From the NCBI GenBank assembly GCA_032161105.1, contig JAVHTD010000011.1: a stretch of DNA of 64,000 bases; one strand, written 5' to 3'. The position numbers were made by a program, and so were the translations under genes. The notes beneath the pieces are model-generated. The model worked only from the letters and a program-made list of their open reading frames with translations, was not told where the DNA came from and searched no databases. Source of the stretch: Candidatus Thermosaccharophagus tengchongensis. GTDB taxonomy: Bacteria; Armatimonadota; Fervidibacteria; Fervidibacterales; Thermosaccharophagaceae. Shown in pieces: positions 9,740-19,784 of this stretch (its first letter is position 1; each line of letters opens with the position of its first letter).

Positions 9740-10140
9740 AACCCAAACTCCTTCAGGTAGCGCAGCTGTTTCAAAGCCTCTTCGTTATTCGGGTCTATCT
9801 CAAGTGCCCGCTCAAATGCCGCCTTGCTTTTCAGCAACAGTTCCTGATTGTCTTCAAGCCACGCAACTTGCTGGTATGCTTTCCCAAGCCATATCCAAAG
9901 CTGCGGCTCGTTCGGTGAGAGCTGAGTGGCTTTTTCAAATTCATAACACGCCTCCATGAACATCCCCTCATATCCAAAGCTGTAGATAAGCCCAAGCCCA
10001 ATATGAGCCCTCAAGTTATTCGGATCGCTCTCAAGCACTTTCCTGTAGAGTTGAACTGCTTCATCATACCTGCCGTCAATTCGCGCAGCATCAGCGAGGT
10101 CAATCAATTCATCTATCGTGCTGTTATCTTGAGCGCTCAT
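9736..10140 (-). CDS. Tetratricopeptide repeat protein
   Basis: Three TPR-like units: YDEAVQLYRKVLESDPNN, FEKATQLSPNE and FERALEIDPNN. Confidence 0.85.
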   Translation of the reverse strand: MSAQDNSTIDELIDLADAARIDGRYDEAVQLYRKVLESDPNNLRAHIGLGLIYSFGYEGMFMEACYEFEKATQLSPNEPQLWIWLGKAYQQVAWLEDNQELLLKSKAAFERALEIDPNNEEALKQLRYLKEFGL

Positions 10141-10211
10141 CTCACCCGCCCCTCTTGAGACATATCTAAGGTGTCCTTCTGTCCGCCCAAATCGCGAGCC
10201 TCAATATAAGG

Positions 10212-11180
10212 CTAACTGCCAAATACATCCCCCACCCTTACCCTCATCCCCCTCATCCAATCGGTAGCCGAGAGCCTTGAGCGCCCTTCAAGCTGCAACT
10301 CCAAGAGCCTGAGGAAACCTTTGCCAGTTGCAACGATCAAACCGTCGTCCACGCTCGCTACCTCCCCGGGACGAAACACATGTGCCACCTCACATGGCTC
10401 ACAAACCTTCGCCATCCAAATTTTGACCACACGACCATGCCAAGTTGTCCATGCGCCCGGATGCGGATTGAAAGCGCGCACTTGGTTGCGCACCCTCTCG
10501 GCATCATTTGACCAGTCTATCATCGCCATCTCCTTTGTCACCTTTGGAGCGTAAGTCGCCTCTGACTCATCCTGTGGTATCCTCGGAGCTTCACCCCTTG
10601 AGAGCAGTTCAAGCGTCTTAACCATCAACCTCGCACCAACACGCGAAAGCTTCTCTGAGAGCGTCCCAGCAGTATCCTCATCCTCAATTTCAACGCGCTC
10701 CTGAAGGATGATGTCACCCGCATCCATCCTCTCAACCATGAACATCGTCGTAACGCCGGTCACTCGCTCTCCATTGAGAAGCGCATGCTGTATCGGTGCG
10801 GCACCGCGATACTTCGGAAGAAGTGATGCATGCAAGTTGATGCACCCAAGGCGCGGGATTGAAAGGCATTCAGCGCTGAGTATTTGACCGAACGCCACCA
10901 CAACGATGACATCGGGATCGGTTTCCCTTATTCGTTGGATTGAGCTTGCCTCATTTACATCCTCGGGCTGGAAAATCTCCAAGCCCAAACTAATTGCCAG
11001 TTGCTTGACCGGCGGTTGCTGAAGCTTATGTCCCCTGCCGGCTGGTTTATCCGGAGCAGTCACCACAAGCACCAGCTCATGTCCGGCATCGTGTAAGGCT
11101 TTCAGAGTTGGGAGAGAGAATTGCGGCGTGCCCATGAAGACGATGCGCACATATCCCACCCCTCTTGCCCAACTGCTCAC
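10212..11180 (-). CDS. fmt: Methionyl-tRNA formyltransferase
   Basis: RIVFMGTP, PDKPAGRG and NLHASLLPKYRGAAPIQ; adjacent to def. Confidence 0.97.
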   Translation of the reverse strand: MSSWARGVGYVRIVFMGTPQFSLPTLKALHDAGHELVLVVTAPDKPAGRGHKLQQPPVKQLAISLGLEIFQPEDVNEASSIQRIRETDPDVIVVVAFGQILSAECLSIPRLGCINLHASLLPKYRGAAPIQHALLNGERVTGVTTMFMVERMDAGDIILQERVEIEDEDTAGTLSEKLSRVGARLMVKTLELLSRGEAPRIPQDESEATYAPKVTKEMAMIDWSNDAERVRNQVRAFNPHPGAWTTWHGRVVKIWMAKVCEPCEVAHVFRPGEVASVDDGLIVATGKGFLRLLELQLEGRSRLSATDWMRGMRVRVGDVFGS

Positions 11181-11815
11181 CTACGGAATCGCCTTTTGAG
11201 TTCCAACCCATCAGCAAACGCCTTCTCAACCTCCTGTGGTGTGGTTGGGATCGTCACCAACCTTTCGTTCCCCTCATCATCAACTTCGGTCAACACCCAA
11301 TGCAAGCTGCCCTCAATCGCCCTGTCAATAATTAGCTTGCCGTCAAGGTGGTCAATCTCGTGTTGCAGAATCCTCGCAAGCATTCCCTCAGCGTCAATTT
11401 CAAACCTGTTGCCATCTCGGTCATATGCCCGGACGCGCAATCTGACTGAGCGCGGGACGAGCGCCTGCACATGTGGTATGCTCAGGCAACCTTCAATGTC
11501 CTCCTCAGTTTCGCTATCCTCCCACATGACCTCCGGATTAATGAGCACATAAGTTTGTCCGCCGTGCCTTGCAACGCATACCCTCTCCGGCATGCCAATT
11601 TGATTTGCAGCCAGCCCAACACCGTTGGCGGCTTCCATGCTCGCAATCATGCAGTCAATTAGCTCCGCCACACCCCTGTCCAACTTCTTGACCGGCTTTG
11701 CCACCGTGCGCAACACCGGGTCGCCGAGCAAAACGATCGGCTTAGCTTTTGATGCACCATTTGAATTGCGCCCACAAGCGCGCTTTCGGCGGAGCTTTCT
11801 CGTCCCTTCCGTCAT
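11177..11815 (-). CDS. def: Peptide deformylase
   Basis: GVGLAANQIG, EGCLS and QHEIDHLDG motifs. Confidence 0.97.
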   Translation of the reverse strand: MTEGTRKLRRKRACGRNSNGASKAKPIVLLGDPVLRTVAKPVKKLDRGVAELIDCMIASMEAANGVGLAANQIGMPERVCVARHGGQTYVLINPEVMWEDSETEEDIEGCLSIPHVQALVPRSVRLRVRAYDRDGNRFEIDAEGMLARILQHEIDHLDGKLIIDRAIEGSLHWVLTEVDDEGNERLVTIPTTPQEVEKAFADGLELKRRFRR

Positions 11816-11830
11816 GCCCCATTAACCTCC

Positions 11831-14290
11831 TCAGCAAATCATCATTGGATCAACATCAATTGAGAGCTTCGCCCTCAAGTCACTGCTCATGCGCTCAAGC
11901 GCCATGCTCATCACTTTCATCAATTCCCTCCTGCTCTGGCTGCGCAAAAGGAAGTGGAAGCGATATTCACCGCGCAGCTTTGATACGAGGCATGGCGCCG
12001 GCCCGAGCAGGGTGACTTTACCGCCACTGATAGCTATCGCCACCTTTGTAGCTTCCATCGCTGCCTTAGTTGCCTCGTATGCTTTGCCTTCATCTTCATC
12101 GCTCGCCACAACATCAATGAGGTAACTGAAGGGCGGATATGGCGGCTCTCGCCTTTGCACCAACTCCCGTTTGAAGAACTCCTCATAGTTGTGCATGGCA
12201 CTTGCAGCTATAGCGTAGTGCTGTGGATTGTAGGTCTGGATGTAAACTTCACCAGCCCTCTCACCCCTTCCGGCTCTCCCGGCGACTTGTGAGAGCAATT
12301 GGAAGACTCTCTCGGATGCCCTATAGTCTGGGAAGTTGAGCCCGACATCGGAATTCAAGACGCCGACAAGGGTCACATTCGGAAAATCCAACCCTTTAGT
12401 GACCATCTGAGTCCCGACAAGGACATTCGCCTCGCCCTTCCTAAAGGCGCTGAGTATCGCAGAGTGTGCGCCGCGCCTCTGCGTCGTATCCCTATCCATG
12501 CGAAGCACCCTCGCATCGGAGAACAGATTCCTAACCTCTTGCTCAATCCTCTCCGTGCCGGCGCCGCTCATCGCTATCGTTTTACCCCCACAAGCCCTGC
12601 ACTCATCTTGTGCTGAAATGCTGTAATTGCAATGGTGGCAAAGCAGGATGCCACGATCCCTGTGCAGCGTCAACGAGACCGAGCAGTTTGGGCATGTTTC
12701 AACGAAGCCACAACCTTTGCATATGACAAATGGAGCATAGCCGCGCCTGTTGAGGAACAGGATGACTTGCTCACCATCTCTAAGCCTCCTCTCAATCGCC
12801 TCAACTAAGACATCGCTTAGCCACATTGAGCGCCTGAACGAAGCCCTCCTCATGTCAATGATGTGCACTGTCGGCAATGGTCTATCCTCAACGCGCCTTC
12901 GCAGCTGCACAAGCTTATACTTTCCCGTGAGCGCCTTGTAGTAGGTTTCAATTGATGGCGTGGCACTTACGAGCACAACTAAAGCGTCGCACCAGTTGGC
13001 GCGAACAAGCGCCATGTCCCTCGCATTGTATTTGGGCATCATATCGTGCTTGTATGATTCATCCTGCTCCTCATCAACAACGATGAGCCGCAGCCTCTTC
13101 AAGGGAGCAAAGACAGCCGAGCGAGGTCCAATCACCACATCCACTTCGCCATTCAGGATGCGCATCCATTCCTCAAACCTTGCTCCGGTGCTCAATGCGC
13201 TGTGAAGTATTGCCACGCGCTCGCCGAGCCTATATCGGAATATGGCTGCGGCTTGCGCTGTCAGCGCTATCTCCGGGACCAAGAGCAAGGCTTTTCCGCC
13301 ACGCTCAATCACATGCTGTATAGCACGGAGGTAAACTTCCGTCTTCCCGCTCGCCGTCACGCCGTGAAGCAAGATGACATTGAACTTGCCCGTCTCTACG
13401 CTCCTTATGATCTCATCCAATGCCGCTTTCTGCTCGTCCGTGAGAATCATCCCCTCTGGCGAAACTTCAAATCCCTCAGGACCGAGCTCGCCAACCCTCG
13501 GGACAATCACCTCAACTATTTCAACAAATCCCCTGATGGCGAGCGCTTCAACCGTGTGCCTTGTAAAGCCCTCATCCTCAAGCTGCGAAATTGTTACTGG
13601 CATCGGCGCTCCGCTGAGACGCTCAAGCAACGAACGCTGCTTATCCGTCAACTGAACCTCCGACGAACTCAAGGCGCTCATACCATCGCCAGTCAGCCTT
13701 GCAGCCTGACGCTTAACCATTGAGGGCATGTGCGCCCTCTCGGTGCGCGAGACCTTAACTATGCCCATCTCGCAAAGCTGTTTGAGCGCCTGCCCGACAT
13801 AAGAACCAAACTCCTCGCGCAGCTTGCGCAATTTGACCGGCTCACCCGCCTCCAACAAACGCCTGATCAATTCGGCTCGCTTCAATGAGCGCTTGCTCTC
13901 CCTCAACAGCCGCTCCGCCGCATCCACATCTTCAATCCAAACCTTCTCCTCAACCTCCTGTTGCCATCCCGGAGGGACAATCAATCTGATAGCGTCAAAC
14001 AGCGGGCAGTGATAATACTGGCTGACCCACTTGGCGAGCTTGAGCAGCTCGTCATCAAACAGCGGTTGATCCCACAGCACCTTTGCAATTGGCTTGATTG
14101 ACTCAGGCGGTATGTCGGCGCTATCGCTCAACCCGACAACATAACCCGTCACCCAATTGCTCCTGACTGGCACAAGGACGGGCGTGCCAATTGAGACCCT
14201 GTCCTGAAGCTCAATCGGTATGGCGTATGTTAGCGGCTTATCAATCGCCACCGATTGAGTATCAACAGAGACTTGAGCATAGCGAGCCAT
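11831..14290 (-). CDS. priA: Primosomal protein N' (replication restart helicase)
   Basis: GVTASGKTEVY, LVPEIALT, LNRRGY, four CxxC pairs and GTQMVTKGLDFP. Start refined to MARYAQV (ATG at 14290). Confidence 0.97.
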   Translation of the reverse strand: MARYAQVSVDTQSVAIDKPLTYAIPIELQDRVSIGTPVLVPVRSNWVTGYVVGLSDSADIPPESIKPIAKVLWDQPLFDDELLKLAKWVSQYYHCPLFDAIRLIVPPGWQQEVEEKVWIEDVDAAERLLRESKRSLKRAELIRRLLEAGEPVKLRKLREEFGSYVGQALKQLCEMGIVKVSRTERAHMPSMVKRQAARLTGDGMSALSSSEVQLTDKQRSLLERLSGAPMPVTISQLEDEGFTRHTVEALAIRGFVEIVEVIVPRVGELGPEGFEVSPEGMILTDEQKAALDEIIRSVETGKFNVILLHGVTASGKTEVYLRAIQHVIERGGKALLLVPEIALTAQAAAIFRYRLGERVAILHSALSTGARFEEWMRILNGEVDVVIGPRSAVFAPLKRLRLIVVDEEQDESYKHDMMPKYNARDMALVRANWCDALVVLVSATPSIETYYKALTGKYKLVQLRRRVEDRPLPTVHIIDMRRASFRRSMWLSDVLVEAIERRLRDGEQVILFLNRRGYAPFVICKGCGFVETCPNCSVSLTLHRDRGILLCHHCNYSISAQDECRACGGKTIAMSGAGTERIEQEVRNLFSDARVLRMDRDTTQRRGAHSAILSAFRKGEANVLVGTQMVTKGLDFPNVTLVGVLNSDVGLNFPDYRASERVFQLLSQVAGRAGRGERAGEVYIQTYNPQHYAIAASAMHNYEEFFKRELVQRREPPYPPFSYLIDVVASDEDEGKAYEATKAAMEATKVAIAISGGKVTLLGPAPCLVSKLRGEYRFHFLLRSQSRRELMKVMSMALERMSSDLRAKLSIDVDPMMIC

Positions 14291-14466
14291 ATCGCTATCA
14301 CCCACAAACAACAGCTCAAGAACGGCTACCTGAAGATTTGAGCAGTGGCATATTGCATTGCTGAGGATGCCCGTTTTGCTATGATGGCACGCTGTTTGGC
14401 GTTGGGCAAATTGAGGGCAGATTGAGGGTGGGATATCCCTCAAGCCATCGTGATCTGGTGAGCAGC

Positions 14467-15171
14467 ATGGAGCGCGTGGAATTGATTGTCTCAAGCTTGC
14501 GCAAGCGCTATGGGCGTAAGGTGGTTCTCAACGGGATAACATTTCGGGCAAGCGGCGGCAGCTGCATTGCGGTTGTCGGTCCAAATGGTGTTGGAAAGAC
14601 GACACTGCTAAAGTGCCTATGCGGCTTGCTCCAACCAAGCAGCGGTGAGGCGCTTTTACTCATCGGTGAGATGACCCTCACACCCACTGAGGCACAGCCA
14701 TTCATCGGCGCCCTCCTTGATGACTGCGAGCCATACGATGAGTTGACAGTCAGAGAGAACTTGAACCTTCTCCTCTCACTCAAGCTGTCTCATGGATGGC
14801 ACATTCAAAACGCTTCAGAGAAACAACATGGCAGATCGGCTCGCTCACAAGTTGAATGGCTCTTGAGGGAGTTCCAATTGGTTGAATGCGCCGATGAGCT
14901 TGTCTGCTCGCTATCGTCCGGCATGAGGCAACGGCTCAAGCTGGCAATGGCATGTGTCAGTGAGCCGTTGCTATTGCTGCTTGATGAGCCTATGGTCAAT
15001 TTGGATTGGGTGGGCAGAGCTGCGGTTGAGAGCGCAGTTTGCGAGATGCGCAACAAAGGCTCAATAGTTGTTTGGGCAACATGTGATGCCGGTGAGGTTA
15101 AAGATGCAACTGCGGTTATCAACTTGGGCGAGGCAGAGCATAATCCTGCTCGCGAAGGACTTAAAGATTGA
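14467..15171 (+). CDS. ccmA: Heme exporter ATP-binding protein CcmA-like
   Basis: Walker A GPNGVGKTT, signature LSSGMRQR and LLLDEP; overlaps a CcmB-like gene. Confidence 0.75.
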   Translation: MERVELIVSSLRKRYGRKVVLNGITFRASGGSCIAVVGPNGVGKTTLLKCLCGLLQPSSGEALLLIGEMTLTPTEAQPFIGALLDDCEPYDELTVRENLNLLLSLKLSHGWHIQNASEKQHGRSARSQVEWLLREFQLVECADELVCSLSSGMRQRLKLAMACVSEPLLLLLDEPMVNLDWVGRAAVESAVCEMRNKGSIVVWATCDAGEVKDATAVINLGEAEHNPAREGLKD

Positions 15172-15790
15172 GTCGCGCACGAGATACACCACTGCGATTG
15201 GGCTCGGCTTCGGGGCGACTTCATTCCTGCTCGTGAGCATAATTTCCGCGCATGCCGGGTTAAGCCATACCGGTTACTCGGTGATGTTTTGGCTCACAGT
15301 GACATTTGTGTCATGCACCAACATACCGATAGCCTTCCTCAGGGAGGAAGATAAAAGGACCGCATCAACTCTCCGCCTCGCATCGCTTCCATTTTCTGTC
15401 TTCACTTCCAAATGGCTGCAGAGTGCCATCCTCACATCATCCGTGTCGCTGCTGCTCCTCGCCCTCGCTGTAGCGATATGGGGATGGGATAGCGCCAGCT
15501 GGAAAGCCATCCTCACACTCGCGCTCGTGGCGATACTCATCTCATTTGGATTGGCAGCCTCAGAAACCCTCCTTGCGGCGATGATATCAAAGGCGAAGAT
15601 GCGCTCATCACTCATGGGTGTGATTTCATTCCCGATACTCCTTCCCATTCTCATACCGGCGATTAAGTGCACGGCTGATTGCATCATGCAAGAGAGCGCA
15701 AGCAAAGCCGACATCGTGTGGTTCGTTGTCTACCTTGCGCTGGTGCTCTCAATCTCGTCACAGCTGTTCGAGCACATTTGGAGGGCTTGA
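15104..15790 (+). CDS. ccmB: Heme exporter permease CcmB
   Basis: LAKDLKIESR, FLREEDKRTASTLRL and LMGVISFPILLP; about 6 TM segments. Confidence 0.8.
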   Translation: MQLRLSTWARQSIILLAKDLKIESRTRYTTAIGLGFGATSFLLVSIISAHAGLSHTGYSVMFWLTVTFVSCTNIPIAFLREEDKRTASTLRLASLPFSVFTSKWLQSAILTSSVSLLLLALAVAIWGWDSASWKAILTLALVAILISFGLAASETLLAAMISKAKMRSSLMGVISFPILLPILIPAIKCTADCIMQESASKADIVWFVVYLALVLSISSQLFEHIWRA

Positions 15791-15860
15791 TATGTCACAA
15801 TGTGAGGGCACGGCTTCTTGTTACTGACCCAGAACATTGATGCGGGGCAGCGCATGACCA

Positions 15861-17135
15861 TCATCTGTATTGTCGCTCTACCATGCTTAAGAACTCCTCA
15901 TTGCTCTTTGTCCTCCGCAGTTGCTCAATTAACCTCTCGGTTGCTTGCATCGGGTCAATGTTGGCGAGCCCCCTGCGCAACTTCCATATCGCGTTTAGCT
16001 CCTTAACATCGTATAACAGCTCCTCACGCCTCGTTCCGGAGCGCAGGACATCTATGGCGGGGAAGATCCGCCTCTCGGCAAGCTTTCTATCAAGCACGAG
16101 TTCCATGTTGCCCGTCCCTTTGAACTCCTCAAATATGACCTCGTCCATCCTTGAGCCGGTGTCAATTAGCGCCGTCGCTATAATCGTGATGCTTCCACCT
16201 TCCTCAACCTTTCTCGCGGCGCCGAAGAAGCGCTTCGGGCGGTGGAGGGCTGCCGGGTCAAGCCCACCGGAAAGCGTTTTCCCGCTCGGCTCAACATCAA
16301 TGTTTGAAGCCCTCGTGAACCTCGTTATCCCATCAAGCAATATGACGACATCCTTTCCGTGCTCAACAAGCCTCTTCGCTCTCTCCAATGTGAGTTCCGT
16401 CACCTTCATGTGCTCACTCGGTGGTCTGTCAAATGTGGATGATATAACTTCAGCCTTTGTGGCGCGCTTGAAGTCGGTGACTTCCTCGGGGCGCTCGTCA
16501 ACGAGTAAGACGATGACTATGCACTCCGGGTAGTTCTCAATGATTGAGTTTGCGATCGTCTTGAGCAGGGTGGTTTTGCCAGCCTTTGGGGGCGAGACAA
16601 TCAGACCGCGTTGCCCTTTACCTATCGGAGCAATCAAGTCTATCAAGCGCGCCGAAATGTTATCTGGGTCCGTCTCAAGCCTTAACCTCTCATATGGGAA
16701 GACCGGCGTCAGAGACTCAAAGTGCGGACGATGGCGCGCCTTTTCCGGATCTTCACCGTTCACAGCGACTATGCGAAGTAGGCTGTAGTATCGCTCTGTT
16801 TCCTTCGGTGGACGAACATACCCGCAAATCAGGTCGCCAGTCCTCAACCCAAAGCGCTTTATCTGAGCCGGAGCAACATACACATCCTCCGGGCTCGGCA
16901 AGTAGCCATTGACGCGCATGTAGCCACGCCCATCGCTTGATATCTCCAAGATGCCCTCCTTGAAGAGCAACCCGCGCTTTTGGGCATACGCCCCGAGTAT
17001 GCGAAAGACGAGGTCGTGCTTCTTCATCTTCGTGTAGCCCGGTATATTCATCTCTTTGGCTATCTCTTGAAGCTCGGTGAGCGTCTTAGCCTGAAGTTCT
17101 GCAAGTTCAACATCGTTCTCTTCAATCACACTCAT
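15861..17135 (-). CDS. rho: Transcription termination factor Rho
   Basis: PIGKGQRGLIVSPPKAGKT, DERPEEVTD, EEFKGTGNMEL and SGTRREELL. SD GGAGGTGAGG precedes the ATG at 17135. Confidence 0.98.
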   Translation of the reverse strand: MSVIEENDVELAELQAKTLTELQEIAKEMNIPGYTKMKKHDLVFRILGAYAQKRGLLFKEGILEISSDGRGYMRVNGYLPSPEDVYVAPAQIKRFGLRTGDLICGYVRPPKETERYYSLLRIVAVNGEDPEKARHRPHFESLTPVFPYERLRLETDPDNISARLIDLIAPIGKGQRGLIVSPPKAGKTTLLKTIANSIIENYPECIVIVLLVDERPEEVTDFKRATKAEVISSTFDRPPSEHMKVTELTLERAKRLVEHGKDVVILLDGITRFTRASNIDVEPSGKTLSGGLDPAALHRPKRFFGAARKVEEGGSITIIATALIDTGSRMDEVIFEEFKGTGNMELVLDRKLAERRIFPAIDVLRSGTRREELLYDVKELNAIWKLRRGLANIDPMQATERLIEQLRRTKSNEEFLSMVERQYR

Positions 17136-17589
17136 TCCCCTCACCTCCAAAGGACATCTGCGCTGACTGTTCGCAATATCCAACCGGTAAGACCATCTGC
17201 GAAGTGGACACGCAGGAATGATTTTGATTATGGTGCCCCCGTGGTTGAAACATCCTCATGCTGCTAACCGCCCCGAGATTTGCCCAGCGGTTAACAAAGG
17301 GTGAAGCGAGATGCCTCTTTATAGCCCTCGGATGGATTGAGAAGTATCATCACATGACACCGCTGGTAAAGCCATCTCTTGGGAATCCCGCTTGGTGACA
17401 ACACCTCATACCGCCTGTGGATTGGATGCGCAAACCCGCCTGAGCGGCTCTTAAAAACCAAGCTGCAAAGGGATGTAACTCGTCTCGTCCAACTAATTTG
17501 CCAATGACAAACACAACTCGCACGAAGCGAGGCTTCCCAGCGGTTTTTGAATCTCCACTACATTAGGTTGGCGCACCCTGTGCGATTCG

Positions 17590-18150
17590 CTATTCGCCCG
17601 CATAAATCTCGGGGCGCAGCACACCCACATAAGGTAGGTTGCGATAGTGTTGAGCGAAGTCAAGCCCATAACCGACAACGAACACATCCGGGATGGTGAA
17701 GCCAAGGTAGTGAATTTCAACTGGCACTTTCCTCCTCGCCGGCTTGTCAAGGAGGGCACAGACACGCACACTCGCCGGATTCCTTGCCTTCACCATCTTG
17801 AGGATGTAGTTCAAGGTTAACCCGGTATCAACGATGTCCTCAACTATGATGACATGCCTGCTCTGTATGCTCTCGTCCAAGTCCTTAAGTATCCTCACGA
17901 CGCCGGTTGTCTTCGTATCGGCGCCATAGCTGCTTATGGCGACGAAGTCGTAAGATACAGGGATTGTTATGTGCCTTATTAAGTCGGCGAGGAAAACAGC
18001 GGCACCACGGAGCACGCCAATAAGCAACGGGTCTTTACCCTCATAGTCCCTTGAGATGGCTTTTCCGAGCTCCGCGACTCGCTTTTGAATTTCCTCAGCC
18101 GTTATGAGGACCTCTTGAATGTCGGCGTCAAGCCTGCAAGTTACAACCAT
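17590..18150 (-). CDS. hpt: Hypoxanthine phosphoribosyltransferase
   Basis: IVEDIVDTGLTL PRPP-binding motif and FVVGYGLD. Start refined to the ATG after the guaA stop. Confidence 0.96.
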   Translation of the reverse strand: MVVTCRLDADIQEVLITAEEIQKRVAELGKAISRDYEGKDPLLIGVLRGAAVFLADLIRHITIPVSYDFVAISSYGADTKTTGVVRILKDLDESIQSRHVIIVEDIVDTGLTLNYILKMVKARNPASVRVCALLDKPARRKVPVEIHYLGFTIPDVFVVGYGLDFAQHYRNLPYVGVLRPEIYAGE

Positions 18151-18157
18151 GCCATGA

Positions 18158-19702
18158 TCACTCCCACTCAATTGTTGCTGGCGGTTTTGATGTGACATCG
18201 TATACGAGCCTGTTTACACCCTCCACCTCATTGCATATTCGGTTGGCTATGCGCTCAAGCACATCGTAAGGTATTCTCGCCCAGTCAGCAGTCATTCCAT
18301 CCTCACTCACAACACTCCTCAGGGCGATGGCATAGGCATATGATCTCCTATCACCCTGAACGCCGGTCGTCCGTATCGGGAGGAGCACAGCAAAGGCTTG
18401 CCAAAGCTGCCTGTAAAGACCGGCTCGCATTATCTCCTCCAGCACTATCGCATCCGCCTCACGGAGTATTTCAAGGCGCTGCGGCGTAACCTCGCCAAGT
18501 ATGCGTATAGCCAACCCAGGACCGGGAAATGGGTGTCGCCACGCGAGCTCCGGCGGTATGCCAAGTTGCTCGGCAACCATCCTGACCTCATCCTTGAACA
18601 AGTAGCGCAACGGCTCTATCAATTCAAATTGCATCCTTTCCGGAAGCCCACCAACATTGTGATGCGTCTTTATGCGTGCCGCAAACTTTGAGCCGCTTTC
18701 AATCACATCCGGGTAAAGTGTGCCCTGCGCGAGAAACCTCACTTTGCCAAGCTTGGCAGCCTCCTCCTCAAATACTCTCACGAACTCCTCCCCGATTATC
18801 TTCCGCTTCTCTTCGGGATCAACAACACCGCGCAGCCTGTTCATGAACCTCTCAGAAGCATTCACATGGATGAGGTTGATTCTGAAGTGGCGGGTGAATG
18901 TCTCAATGACTTTCTCAGGCTCGCCTTTCCGCATAAAGCCGTGGTCAACGAAGATGCATGTAAGTTGATCGCCAACTGCCCTGTGGACGAGAACGGCAGT
19001 CGTAGTTGAGTCCACACCACCGCTTAAAGCGCATATCACTTTCTCCTTTCCGACCCGCTCCCTTATTTCGCGGATGGCTCTCTCTATGAACGAGCCGGCT
19101 GTCCATGTGCCTTTGCAACCACACACCTTGTATGCGAAGTTGCGAATTATCTCTATGCCCCAGGGCGTGTGCGAAACTTCGGGGTGAAACAGAACTCCAA
19201 ACAGTTTCCTTTGCGGCGCCGACATTGCAGCCACCGGCGAGTTCGGAGTCCTCGCCGTGACTTTGAAACCCTCAGGTGCACGAACTATGACATCCCTGTG
19301 ACTCATCCAGCAGACGAGTTCTGGGTTTAAGCCCTCAAATAGGTCTGAGTCATCAAGCACCTCAAGTTGCGTCCTGCCATATTCAGCGCGCGGGCTGGGA
19401 CGCACTTCACCGCCGAGCATGTGAGCCATAAGCTGTGCACCGTAGCATATCCCCAGCACAGGTATTCCGGCATCAAACAACCTGGGGTCGCACTTGGGTG
19501 CATCCTCATTGTATACGCTCGCTTGTCCGCCGGACAGGATTATCCCCTTGGGGTGCATTGCAAGCACACTTTCAAGCGGCATATCGCATGGGACTATCTC
19601 AGAATAGACTTTGCACTCCCTCACACGCCTCGCAATTAGCTGGCTATATTGCGCCCCAAAATCCACAACGAGAATCAATTCCTCGGGGCGACTGCACTCC
19701 AT
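18158..19702 (-). CDS. guaA: GMP synthase (glutamine-hydrolysing)
   Basis: [37 protein letters not shown] and KPPATIEWE. Confidence 0.98.
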   Translation of the reverse strand: MECSRPEELILVVDFGAQYSQLIARRVRECKVYSEIVPCDMPLESVLAMHPKGIILSGGQASVYNEDAPKCDPRLFDAGIPVLGICYGAQLMAHMLGGEVRPSPRAEYGRTQLEVLDDSDLFEGLNPELVCWMSHRDVIVRAPEGFKVTARTPNSPVAAMSAPQRKLFGVLFHPEVSHTPWGIEIIRNFAYKVCGCKGTWTAGSFIERAIREIRERVGKEKVICALSGGVDSTTTAVLVHRAVGDQLTCIFVDHGFMRKGEPEKVIETFTRHFRINLIHVNASERFMNRLRGVVDPEEKRKIIGEEFVRVFEEEAAKLGKVRFLAQGTLYPDVIESGSKFAARIKTHHNVGGLPERMQFELIEPLRYLFKDEVRMVAEQLGIPPELAWRHPFPGPGLAIRILGEVTPQRLEILREADAIVLEEIMRAGLYRQLWQAFAVLLPIRTTGVQGDRRSYAYAIALRSVVSEDGMTADWARIPYDVLERIANRICNEVEGVNRLVYDVTSKPPATIEWE

Positions 19703-19784
19703 CAGAACTCAACCTCCAATTGGAAAGGCAATGTGTTAACTTGCAACGAAGCGAGCTGAAGGGTGGGACACAACGGTCAAGCAA

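Noticed and set aside
14291..14494. N-terminal extension of PriA overlapping ccmA (likewise the helicase extension 9469-9621)
   Set aside because: The extensions lack family similarity and overlap other genes; downstream ATGs fit the family N-termini.
15883..16533. Long antisense ORFs (here opposite rho; also 52861-53628, 5354-5965, 20514-21170)
   Set aside because: They are mirrors of well-supported genes and have no motifs of their own.
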